From NCBI GenBank assembly GCA_017995075.1, contig JAGOJO010000004.1, positions 11,339 through 75,338 of the forward strand: DNA of 64,000 nucleotides, read 5' to 3'. The notes under the pieces were generated by a model, which saw nothing but the letters and a program-made list of their open reading frames with translations, was not told the origin of the DNA and did not search any database. This stretch comes from Bacteroidia bacterium (GTDB taxonomy: Bacteria; Bacteroidota; Bacteroidia; AKYH767-A; OLB10). Below are positions 38,102-47,212 of the stretch, one piece after another; position 1 is the first letter of the stretch, and the number at the start of each line of letters is the position of its first letter. The translations under genes were made by a program, and so were the position numbers.

Positions 38102-41100
38102 ATGAAAAAGTTCTACGCACTTCTGTTATTCGCTCTGTCTTTTTCCGGTATGGCTCTTTCACAGCCGTATGGAAATGAGTGGATAGCATTCACTACCGGA
38201 CAAACACATTCAACGCAGCAGTATTTTCGCATTGGTGTCTGGAAAGAAGGAATTTACCGTGTATCTTACAATGATATGCAGGTGAATGGAGTACCGGTAA
38301 GTTCCTGGTTTAGTCCGGATCGTTATCAGGTAATCCATAATGGTGTAGAGCAATTCATCCGCATTGAAGATGTGAATGGTGACAATGTATTCGGTCCCGG
38401 AGACTACGTAGAGTTTTATGGTGAGCCCAACGACGGAGCATACGATAGAGATTTATACGATACTCCGGCAAGTCAGCCGAATCCGTACGTAAGTATTTAC
38501 AATGATACCGCTGCATACTTTCTGACCTATACTCCTTTCTCTACAGCAAACCGTAGAATGCCGGTAGTGACAGATAATAACTATAGTTCATACACTGCTG
38601 AACCCTGGTTTATTACTGAGGAAGTGAAAGCCTACGATAGTATTTACAATATCGGATACCGTGATTTTAACGATATCGCCGATAATTCTTTTACAGAGGG
38701 AGAAGGTTATCTCTCCGCTCGTGTTTCAAAGGATGCTCCTTTTGATATTACGTTTACGATTGATAAATTCTCTGTAACCGGACCAACACCAACTGCCGAG
38801 ACGATGATCATGGGTGCGAATGAAAATCTGCATCCATATCAGATTAAAAGTGCCGGAACTTTATTGATTGATACCATCTTTCAGGGATATGAACTGGTGA
38901 ACCATCAGTTTCAAATTGGTAACCTCCCCTCCAGTGGAAACTATTTATTTCAGTTTGCTCCACAAAATGATATTACTTTCCCTAACAATAAAAACTATAT
39001 GCAGCTGGCGTATGCAAAGTTGCGTTATCCGCGTACGTTTGATTTTACCGGCGAGAGTCTGCCAAAGAAACTGATTATTCCTGCTGTTACCGGCAAAGTG
39101 CTTATTACATTGACAAATATTACTGCTGTGAATCCACGGATGTATATTCTGGAGGGAGACTCGGTTAAAATTGTAAACATTGGTTTCAGCGGAAATACGA
39201 TTCAGGCAATTCTTCCGGTGAATGGACAGGAACAAACGGTATTCCTGGTAGATAACGGTCAGGTATATACGCAATCAGGGAACGCGACATTGAGAACAGT
39301 AAATTCTGATACTGATCCAGTCAAGTACGCACGTTTCAATAACCTGAAAGATCTGGGTGCGGGAAAAAATTTCCTGATTGTATCCAATAAGAAAATCTGG
39401 AATGGTGCCAATGCCTATGCCAATTACCGTCAGTCGAAAGGCTACAATGTGCTGCTTGCTGACGTAGATGAATTGTATGATCAGTATGCTTTTGGTATTC
39501 GTAAACATGTTCGGGCTATCCGTCAGTTTGTGGATTTGCAACTCGATAATAATTCTCCTAAACCGGAGTATCTGTTGCTTCTCGGAAAGTCGGTGCTTTC
39601 GCAAAATGCACGTTCCGGACTTGGCTATGATATGAATCTGGTTCCAACCTATGGTGAGCCTGCTTCTGATCAAATGTATACAGCGAAACTGAATACCCCT
39701 GATTTCAGACAGGAAATTGCAACTGGTAGGATTGCAGCACAGACTGAAGATGATGTAACAGCCTATTTAAATAAACTGATTTCGTTTGAAGCTCAACAAT
39801 CGAATCCGCCTGCCAATTGGATGAAGAATGTATTGCATTTCGGTGGAGGAACGGATTTTGCAGAGCAGCAAACTTTATCAGGAAAACTGGCCATCTATAA
39901 AAATATTGTAGAAGACACGCTCTTTGGAGGTAATGTTATTACTATTCTTAAAAGCAGCACCGACCCAATTCAGATTAATTTAAGTCAATATGTTCAACAG
40001 TTAATTGATACCGGTTGTTCAATGATGACATTTTACGGTCACGCGGCTGGAAGTTCGTTTGATATTGCAACAGATGCTCCAGAAAATTATAATAACAAAG
40101 ATCGATACCCTGTTTTACTTGCGCAGTCTTGTTTTGTAGGTGACATACATACTACAACGCGGTTACTGAACGAACGATTTGTGCTTACTCCGGATAGAGG
40201 CTCCATTGCATTCATTGCCGTTCCGGATAAAGGTATTATAGAACCGCTCGATGATTACTCGCTGAAGTTTCATGAAGTAATGTTCCGTGAACATTATGGT
40301 TTTTCAATTGGAGAAGGTATGAAAAAGACTGTGGAAGATATCATAACGCCGGGACTCGACAGAAAGGGTGTTTGTATGAATATGACGCTCCATGGTGATC
40401 CTGCAATTCGCATGAATATGTACGAAAAGGCAGATCTTGCTATTGAAAGTCCTAATATTTTCTTTGAGCCGGCGAATGTTACTACAGAAATGGACAGTTT
40501 CAAAATTCGAATGGCAATTTCTAATGTCGGAAAAAATACCAGTGAAAATTTTAAAATTCAGATTACACGTACATTTCCGAATGGTTCTAAGCAGGATACA
40601 TTATTTGAAGTGCCGTATATAACTTATCGGGATACTATTGATCTTAAACTACCAGTAGATTTTCAGATTGGTTCCGGAATAAATGAGTTCAGCGTTTCTT
40701 TGGATGTTTACAATGAGGTTGACGAATTGGATGAGTTTGGAAACAATATTGCAGTTGCTCAACTCAATATAGGTTCTACAGATATTAATCCGGTTTTTCC
40801 TCAGAAATATGCTATCGTTCCAGATGCTCGTCCTGTACTTAAAGCGACTACAGCTAACCTCTTTTCTTCTCCGAAATCTTATCGATTTGAAATTGATACG
40901 AGCGCATTTTTTACAAGTGCTCAGAAAGTATCAGGCGTTGTGAGTAATGCCTTCGGCATCGTTTCGTGGCAGGTACCGCAGGATCTCGACTCTAATATTA
41001 CTTACTATTGGAGAGTTGCAAATGATTCTATCTCCAATCCTGATACTGCAATAAGTAAGCGGTTTCAATGGAAGCAGAGTTCATTATTATTTAAGCCCAA

Positions 41101-43132
41101 TGTGACAGGATGGTCTCAGGCGCATTATTATCAATTCAGGGATGGTTCACTTACGAATCTTAACTGGGTAGATAGTTTACGCACTACAGATTTTATCAAT
41201 TCTAATTATTCACTTGCTATGTCACATATTGGTAATACACCAAGTTATGATATCAACGGGGTAAATATGGATTATGCAGGGTGTACTGGTGCAAGGCAGG
41301 TGGCAGTAGCCGTCCTTGACTCAATTAATTTTGAGTATCCATGGTCAGCAGATACTTGTCTGGCTTCACCGTATGGCAACTATAATATTTACAGTTGTAT
41401 TTCCGATTCAGGATGTAATCGGGAGAGACCAGATTTATATTTCTTGTTCAATACAGGCACCCCTGCTGGTAATTTTGCTCTTGCCAACTTTGTTCAGAAC
41501 GTGGTTCCTGACGGGAATTACATTCTGAGCTGGAGTTTGTTTACTCCTTTATTTGACACATTGTCTATTGCTGCTCAGGCTTATGCATCCATTGGTATTC
41601 CGCAGTTTGCTAACCTGGATTCTGGTCAGAAATTTATGATGTTCATGAAGAAAGGTGATCCGGCTTCTTTGATTTGGAAGTCGGGACATTGGAAGGATAG
41701 TACAATAAATATTAATTATCTGCTCACCAGAAACTGGGATAAAGGTTTTCAATCTTCAACCTTGGTTGGTCCTGCTGTTTCATGGAGTCAGGTGCATTGG
41801 AGTTATACGCATCTGGAATCCGGTGTGTCCCCTGATAGTATTTATCTGCAGGTGTACGGTAAGGCCACAACAGGTCAGGAAGTGTTGCTGATAGATACTA
41901 TAGTTGATACTTCGGCTCCTGTAGACATCAGCAGTATCAGTGCCCAGCAATATCCGAATCTTCGTTTACGTGCTTACTTGCAGGATTCGCAAAACAGGAC
42001 TCCTCCGCAGTTGGAGAAATGGCAGGTGTATTATTCACCGGTGCCTGAAGGTTCGCTGAATACAAATTATTATTCTTTCTTCAGTGATACACTGCAGGAA
42101 GGTGATCAGGTGAGCTTTAATATGGCTTTCGAAAATATCAGTAGTACCGATATGGATACATTGCTGGTGGATTACTATATCTATGATGCCAATAACGTTC
42201 GAAGGAATATCGCGAGTGTGCGGGTGAATAAAGATCTCCCGACAGGTGATACGGTTATGTGTGCAGTTTCATTCAGTACGATTTCGATGATTGGAAATAA
42301 TACATTGTGGATCGAGGCTAATCCAAATAAGGATCAGCCGGAACAATACCAATTTAATAATATTACCAGTATTCCGTTTTATGTTACTTCCGATAAAACA
42401 AATCCATTGCTGGATGTGACCTTTGATGGAGTGCATATCCTGAATGGTGATATTATCTCTGCTAAACCAAATGTGCAGATCAGTCTGAAGGATGAAAATC
42501 GTTTCATTGCATTGAATGATACAGGTAATTTCCGTGTGAGTCTGAAATCACCTTCGGGTCAGTTGCGTTATTTGTACTTCGAGCCGGTGCAGGGTGTGAG
42601 TTCGAGTCCTGATTTGCTTTCATGGTCACCTGCGAGTCTGCCGTCGAATAGTTTTAAAATAAATTATAATCCGGAGCTGAAGGAAGATGGTGTTTATGAA
42701 ATGTCAGTGCAGGCGACGGATGAATCAGGGAACCTTAGCGGCTTTAATGATTATAAAATTCAGTTTGAGGTGGTCAACAGAAGCACGATTACTGAGGTGG
42801 TGAACTATCCAAATCCGTTTAGTACTTCAACACGATTTGTGTTTGTGCTTACCGGTTCAGAAGTGCCTACCGATTTCCGGATTCAGATCATGACAGTAAC
42901 TGGTAAAATTGTTCGTACGATCTTTAAAGATGAATTGGGACCTCTGCGCATTGGAAGAAATATCACCGATTTCGCCTGGGATGGAAAAGATGAATTCGGT
43001 GACCAGCTCGCGAATGGTGTTTATCTCTATCGTGTGTACACCGGCATCAATGGTTCTGAAATTGAAAAACGCGCTACCGTTGCCGATAATTACTTCAAGA
43101 AAGGCTGGGGTAAAATGTACCTGATGCGTTAA
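38102..43132 (+). CDS. PorU-like C25 (gingipain-fold) cysteine peptidase, 1676 aa (putative T9SS sortase paralogue or orthologue)
   Basis: It has a signal peptide, a PorU-like N-terminus (FRIGVWKEGIYRVSYNDM) and a C25 core (YLLLLGKS...LVPTYGEPASDQ). The candidate catalytic His is in FYGHAAG (codon 40040-40042) and the candidate Cys is in LAQSCFVGD (codon 40130-40132). The C-terminal beta-sandwich begins NYPNPFS. Confidence 0.75.
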   Translation: MKKFYALLLFALSFSGMALSQPYGNEWIAFTTGQTHSTQQYFRIGVWKEGIYRVSYNDMQVNGVPVSSWFSPDRYQVIHNGVEQFIRIEDVNGDNVFGPGDYVEFYGEPNDGAYDRDLYDTPASQPNPYVSIYNDTAAYFLTYTPFSTANRRMPVVTDNNYSSYTAEPWFITEEVKAYDSIYNIGYRDFNDIADNSFTEGEGYLSARVSKDAPFDITFTIDKFSVTGPTPTAETMIMGANENLHPYQIKSAGTLLIDTIFQGYELVNHQFQIGNLPSSGNYLFQFAPQNDITFPNNKNYMQLAYAKLRYPRTFDFTGESLPKKLIIPAVTGKVLITLTNITAVNPRMYILEGDSVKIVNIGFSGNTIQAILPVNGQEQTVFLVDNGQVYTQSGNATLRTVNSDTDPVKYARFNNLKDLGAGKNFLIVSNKKIWNGANAYANYRQSKGYNVLLADVDELYDQYAFGIRKHVRAIRQFVDLQLDNNSPKPEYLLLLGKSVLSQNARSGLGYDMNLVPTYGEPASDQMYTAKLNTPDFRQEIATGRIAAQTEDDVTAYLNKLISFEAQQSNPPANWMKNVLHFGGGTDFAEQQTLSGKLAIYKNIVEDTLFGGNVITILKSSTDPIQINLSQYVQQLIDTGCSMMTFYGHAAGSSFDIATDAPENYNNKDRYPVLLAQSCFVGDIHTTTRLLNERFVLTPDRGSIAFIAVPDKGIIEPLDDYSLKFHEVMFREHYGFSIGEGMKKTVEDIITPGLDRKGVCMNMTLHGDPAIRMNMYEKADLAIESPNIFFEPANVTTEMDSFKIRMAISNVGKNTSENFKIQITRTFPNGSKQDTLFEVPYITYRDTIDLKLPVDFQIGSGINEFSVSLDVYNEVDELDEFGNNIAVAQLNIGSTDINPVFPQKYAIVPDARPVLKATTANLFSSPKSYRFEIDTSAFFTSAQKVSGVVSNAFGIVSWQVPQDLDSNITYYWRVANDSISNPDTAISKRFQWKQSSLLFKPNVTGWSQAHYYQFRDGSLTNLNWVDSLRTTDFINSNYSLAMSHIGNTPSYDINGVNMDYAGCTGARQVAVAVLDSINFEYPWSADTCLASPYGNYNIYSCISDSGCNRERPDLYFLFNTGTPAGNFALANFVQNVVPDGNYILSWSLFTPLFDTLSIAAQAYASIGIPQFANLDSGQKFMMFMKKGDPASLIWKSGHWKDSTININYLLTRNWDKGFQSSTLVGPAVSWSQVHWSYTHLESGVSPDSIYLQVYGKATTGQEVLLIDTIVDTSAPVDISSISAQQYPNLRLRAYLQDSQNRTPPQLEKWQVYYSPVPEGSLNTNYYSFFSDTLQEGDQVSFNMAFENISSTDMDTLLVDYYIYDANNVRRNIASVRVNKDLPTGDTVMCAVSFSTISMIGNNTLWIEANPNKDQPEQYQFNNITSIPFYVTSDKTNPLLDVTFDGVHILNGDIISAKPNVQISLKDENRFIALNDTGNFRVSLKSPSGQLRYLYFEPVQGVSSSPDLLSWSPASLPSNSFKINYNPELKEDGVYEMSVQATDESGNLSGFNDYKIQFEVVNRSTITEVVNYPNPFSTSTRFVFVLTGSEVPTDFRIQIMTVTGKIVRTIFKDELGPLRIGRNITDFAWDGKDEFGDQLANGVYLYRVYTGINGSEIEKRATVADNYFKKGWGKMYLMR

Positions 43133-43349
43133 TACTCTATTCTCGGTTTACGATATTTTGAATTCCGATAGATGGGATAAATCTTTCGCTATGATTATTC
43201 CATCTTCGGATGAAGCACTACCTTTTTTGTTGTGGTGAATGAAGCTTGTTGCTATTATTCATCAGCAATAAGTACAACATCTACTGCGCTAAACCAGCGA
43301 CCGCAAAAAAAACATAATTAAGCATAATCCTCATAACGGATCAGCGGCC

Positions 43350-44411
43350 TTATCTTTCTCCGGTGAGTTTGGAGAAGGCAAGTGGTTTGGCAGTTACTTC
43401 GTCAAACTCCGCTCGTTTATTGAAAATATCAATAGCTACATAAATGGCTTCGCGTATGGAGGATTCACTGGCGATTCCTTTTCCTGCGATGTCATAAGCT
43501 GTTCCATGATCCGGTGATGTCCTTACAACAGGTAATCCTGCAGTGTAATTGACGCCGTTTTCAAAGGCCAGGGTTTTGAATGGAATGAGTCCCTGGTCAT
43601 GATACATGGCTAATACAGCATCAAACTGTTTATGTTGTCCGGATCCGAAGAAGCCATCGCTGGGGTAGGGGCCGAATACAAATGTTCCTTTTTCGTAGAG
43701 TTCTTTAATCGCTGGAGCAATGATCTCTTTGTCTTCGTTGCCGATTACGCCATGGTCGCCGGCGTGCGGGTTCAGACTTAATACCGCTATTCTTGGCTTG
43801 CGAATACCGAAGTCGCGTTTGAGGGAAGTAACCATCAGCTTTACTTTTTGCTGAATCCGTTCCTTCGTAATCAAGGATGCCACTTTTGAAACAGGAACAT
43901 GTCCGGTAACTAATGCAACGCGTAATTCACCGGATACTAAAAACATGAGGTAGTCGGTAGTGTTGAATGCACGAGCGAGGAATTCAGTATGTCCGGTAAA
44001 TCCGCCTTCAGGTGCTATCGTATGTTTGTCGATAGGTGCAGTAACCAAAGCGTCGATATGTCCTGCTGCGAGATCAGTGGTGGCTGTTTGTAAAGCCTTC
44101 AATGCATACGGTCCGGTAACAGTAGAAGCAGTTCCGATTTCGAGTTTGATTTCTTCGTCCCAGCAATTGATGAGATTGACTTTACGTTGAATCACTTCGC
44201 TGATGTTCCGGATGGTATTGAAATTAAACTCCTGCATGTTTAATGCTTTACGGTGTGCAGAGATGACCTTGCTGCTGCCGTAAATTACAGGAGTGCATAC
44301 CTGCGTAATCCGGTTGTCGGAAAGGGCTTTTATAACTACTTCCGGTCCGATGCCGTTTACATCTCCAATGCTGATTCCAATCCTTACTCTTCCTTCGTGC
44401 TCTGTGCTCAT
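43350..44411 (-). CDS. pdxA: 4-hydroxythreonine-4-phosphate dehydrogenase
   Basis: It carries GDVNGIGPEV, GHTEFL and TSPDHGTAYDIAGKG. Confidence 0.9.
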   Translation of the reverse strand: MSTEHEGRVRIGISIGDVNGIGPEVVIKALSDNRITQVCTPVIYGSSKVISAHRKALNMQEFNFNTIRNISEVIQRKVNLINCWDEEIKLEIGTASTVTGPYALKALQTATTDLAAGHIDALVTAPIDKHTIAPEGGFTGHTEFLARAFNTTDYLMFLVSGELRVALVTGHVPVSKVASLITKERIQQKVKLMVTSLKRDFGIRKPRIAVLSLNPHAGDHGVIGNEDKEIIAPAIKELYEKGTFVFGPYPSDGFFGSGQHKQFDAVLAMYHDQGLIPFKTLAFENGVNYTAGLPVVRTSPDHGTAYDIAGKGIASESSIREAIYVAIDIFNKRAEFDEVTAKPLAFSKLTGER

Positions 44412-44492
44412 GGTGAATGTTGAGGTTACTGCTTTGTTTGGCGTATTGTGTCCTGAGATTTTTTCAGGTGTATTTTCGGTAATGCGTGAACG

Positions 44493-45932
44493 TTATTCGG
44501 TGATCTGTCGGAAGAATTCAAACATGAGTCGTACTCCTGTTCCTGTTCCGTTCTTTCCTCTGTAGCTATCGTTCGATTTGCTGAATGCAGGTGCTGCAAT
44601 ATCGAAGTGCATGTAGGGGTAATCAACGAATTGTTTGAGGAATCGTCCTGCTGTAATTGCTCCGGCTGATGGTCCGCCTACATTTTTCAGGTCAGCGATG
44701 TCAGATTTGATCAGATCGTCGTAATCTTCCCAGAATGGAAACTCTGCGAGACGCTCATGGACAGTGTTTCCACATTCATGTAAGCGTCGGCGTGTAGCTT
44801 CGTCAATATCTCCCATGCAAACAATTCCCTGTGGTCCGATGGCAGCTGCTGCCGCTCCGGTTAATGTGGAGAATTCCATTACCAGCGTTGGTGAATATCG
44901 TTTGGCATAATGCAATGCATCTGCAAGTATCAGTCGACCTTCTGCATCTGTGTTTAATACTTCTACTGTTTTACCACTCATCATCGTGATAACATCTCCG
45001 GGAACATAGGCATCTCCATCTGGACGATTATCTGTGGATGGTACAAGCGCAATTACATGCACAGGTACTTTGGCTTTCGCAAGCGCGTAGATAGTACCGG
45101 CTACCGTTGCGCCACCACCCATATCACATTTCATGTAGTCCATGGAATTTGGCGTCGGCTTCAAACTCATTCCACCGGTATCATATACCACACCTTTTCC
45201 AACCAGCACATACGGCTTTTTGTTGACCGCATTTTTTGGCTTCCATTCCATGATGGAAAAGGTCGGAGGTTGCGGACTTCCCAGGTTCACGGCCAATAAT
45301 CCGCCCATTTTCAGCTGACGAATCGCTATTTTGTTCAAAACCTTTACCGAGAATCCGGCTTCTTTTCCCATTTTCTGGAACTGTCGGCTAAATTCTGTGG
45401 CATTAAGGAACGATTGCGGCTCATTGACCAGATCACGGGCCTTGAACACCGCTTCGTTCAGTATGTTTTGACGTTGGATATCTTTGTCAGTCAGACCTTT
45501 AACGTAGATCTGCAGCGTTTTTACCGTGTATTCTTCTTTTTTACGGTTGCTGCGATATTTTAAAAACTGGTAGCTGCTGAGTGCAAATCCTTCTGCAAAA
45601 GCCAGAGCAATGGCAGCATCTACCTCACCATTCAGCGTAACTGTTTCGTGCTTAGAGGCTTGGCAACGTGTAAAGAAAGTGCTTCCCGCTTTTCGGGCGT
45701 TTTCCAGACGGGCAGGCAACGATTTCTCACTTCCATCTGTCTGTTGAAGGTAAAGCATTCTGCTGTATTGGTTTACAGCGATAAACTTCTTATCAGCCTT
45801 CAGTTCTTGCTGAATATAGGCCCATTCCGCGCGGGAAAAGAGCTTTTCGGAGAGGGTACTCTTGTCGGAAAAGAGATGAATCTGATGTCCATCTTTACGA
45901 GGCGCTGACAGGCGCTTGAGTGTGATCTGCAT
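44493..45932 (-). CDS. pepA: M17 family leucyl aminopeptidase
   Basis: It carries VGKGVVYDTGG, MKCDMGGGA and NTDAEGRLILADAL. I prefer the ATG at 45932. Confidence 0.9.
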   Translation of the reverse strand: MQITLKRLSAPRKDGHQIHLFSDKSTLSEKLFSRAEWAYIQQELKADKKFIAVNQYSRMLYLQQTDGSEKSLPARLENARKAGSTFFTRCQASKHETVTLNGEVDAAIALAFAEGFALSSYQFLKYRSNRKKEEYTVKTLQIYVKGLTDKDIQRQNILNEAVFKARDLVNEPQSFLNATEFSRQFQKMGKEAGFSVKVLNKIAIRQLKMGGLLAVNLGSPQPPTFSIMEWKPKNAVNKKPYVLVGKGVVYDTGGMSLKPTPNSMDYMKCDMGGGATVAGTIYALAKAKVPVHVIALVPSTDNRPDGDAYVPGDVITMMSGKTVEVLNTDAEGRLILADALHYAKRYSPTLVMEFSTLTGAAAAAIGPQGIVCMGDIDEATRRRLHECGNTVHERLAEFPFWEDYDDLIKSDIADLKNVGGPSAGAITAGRFLKQFVDYPYMHFDIAAPAFSKSNDSYRGKNGTGTGVRLMFEFFRQITE

Positions 45933-46055
45933 AGAGTTGCGTAAATTTGAGCGGATGAAATTACTGAATGCCCCGTTCATCCTCAATGTTTATGCGAAAA
46001 TGATATTAACTATTCGCCGACATTCAGGTTGTTAAGGCATAGAAGAACGAAGAAA

Positions 46056-47180
46056 ATGAACAGCGACCTATTACTTCAAAGAGCATTGAATCTCGAATTC
46101 CTTTCAGCGAAGGAAGGGAAATTTCTCTTTGAACATGTGAATACCTCCGAATTAATGTTTGTGGGGAATGAACTCCGGAAGAAAAAGAAGTCCGATGGAA
46201 AAGTTACATGGATCATCGACCGGAACGTGAATACAACGAATGTATGTATTGCGAATTGTAAGTTTTGCAATTTCTATCGCATTCCCGGACACGAAGAAGC
46301 CTACATTACTACCATCGATCAGTACAAAACGAAGATCGAGGAAACTTTTCGTTTTGGCGGTGAGCAGCTTCTGTTGCAGGGTGGCCATCATCCGCAACTG
46401 GGATTGAAGTTTTATGCCGATCTCTTCAGTGAGTTGAAGCAGTTGTATCCGAAGTTGAAACTGCATGCACTCGGACCACCCGAGATTGCTCATATCTCAA
46501 AACTGGAAGGGAAGTCGCATACGCAGGTACTTGCTGCATTGCAGGAAGCCGGACTTGATTCCTTGCCCGGTGCAGGTGCGGAGATTCTGAATGATCGTGT
46601 TCGCCGTATGATCTCCAAAGGAAAATGTTCAGGTCGTGAATGGCTCGATGTGATGCGTGCGGCTCATCAGTTGAATATTACTACTTCGGGCACTATGATG
46701 TTCGGACATGTGGAAACAATCGATGAACGGTTTGAGCATCTTGTCTGGCTGCGGGAAGTGCAATCGGAAAAACCGGCGGATGCAAAAGGGTTCATTGCTT
46801 TTATTCCATGGCCGTTCCAGGATGAAGGTACAATGCTCCAACGTGTAAAGGGTATACGCAATACCGTTAGTAGCGATGAATATATCCGTATGATTGCAAT
46901 CAGTCGCATCATGTTGCCGAATATTACCAATATCCAGGCTTCATGGCTCACAGTGGGTAAGGAAGTAGCGCAGGTTTGTCTTCACGCCGGTGCGAATGAT
47001 TTTGGTTCGATTATGATTGAAGAGAATGTGGTGTCTGCTGCAGGTGCTCCTCACCGGTTTACCAGTCAGGGTATTCAGGATGCGATCCGCGAAGCCGGCT
47101 TTGTACCTCAGTTGCGGAATCAGCAATATGAGTACAGGGAATTACCGGCCTGGACAGAGCAACAGGTGATTACTTACTAA
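46056..47180 (+). CDS. CofH/MqnC-family radical SAM enzyme (probable cyclic dehypoxanthinyl futalosine synthase)
   Basis: The radical SAM cluster is CIANCKFCNF. Overall it resembles MqnC/MqnE/CofH (LLLQGGHHP, GAEIL, MMFGHVET). I prefer the ATG at 46056. Confidence 0.78.
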   Translation: MNSDLLLQRALNLEFLSAKEGKFLFEHVNTSELMFVGNELRKKKKSDGKVTWIIDRNVNTTNVCIANCKFCNFYRIPGHEEAYITTIDQYKTKIEETFRFGGEQLLLQGGHHPQLGLKFYADLFSELKQLYPKLKLHALGPPEIAHISKLEGKSHTQVLAALQEAGLDSLPGAGAEILNDRVRRMISKGKCSGREWLDVMRAAHQLNITTSGTMMFGHVETIDERFEHLVWLREVQSEKPADAKGFIAFIPWPFQDEGTMLQRVKGIRNTVSSDEYIRMIAISRIMLPNITNIQASWLTVGKEVAQVCLHAGANDFGSIMIEENVVSAAGAPHRFTSQGIQDAIREAGFVPQLRNQQYEYRELPAWTEQQVITY

Positions 47181-47212
47181 GTACAACAACAATTTCTAGT
47201 TCGCGTTTATAT

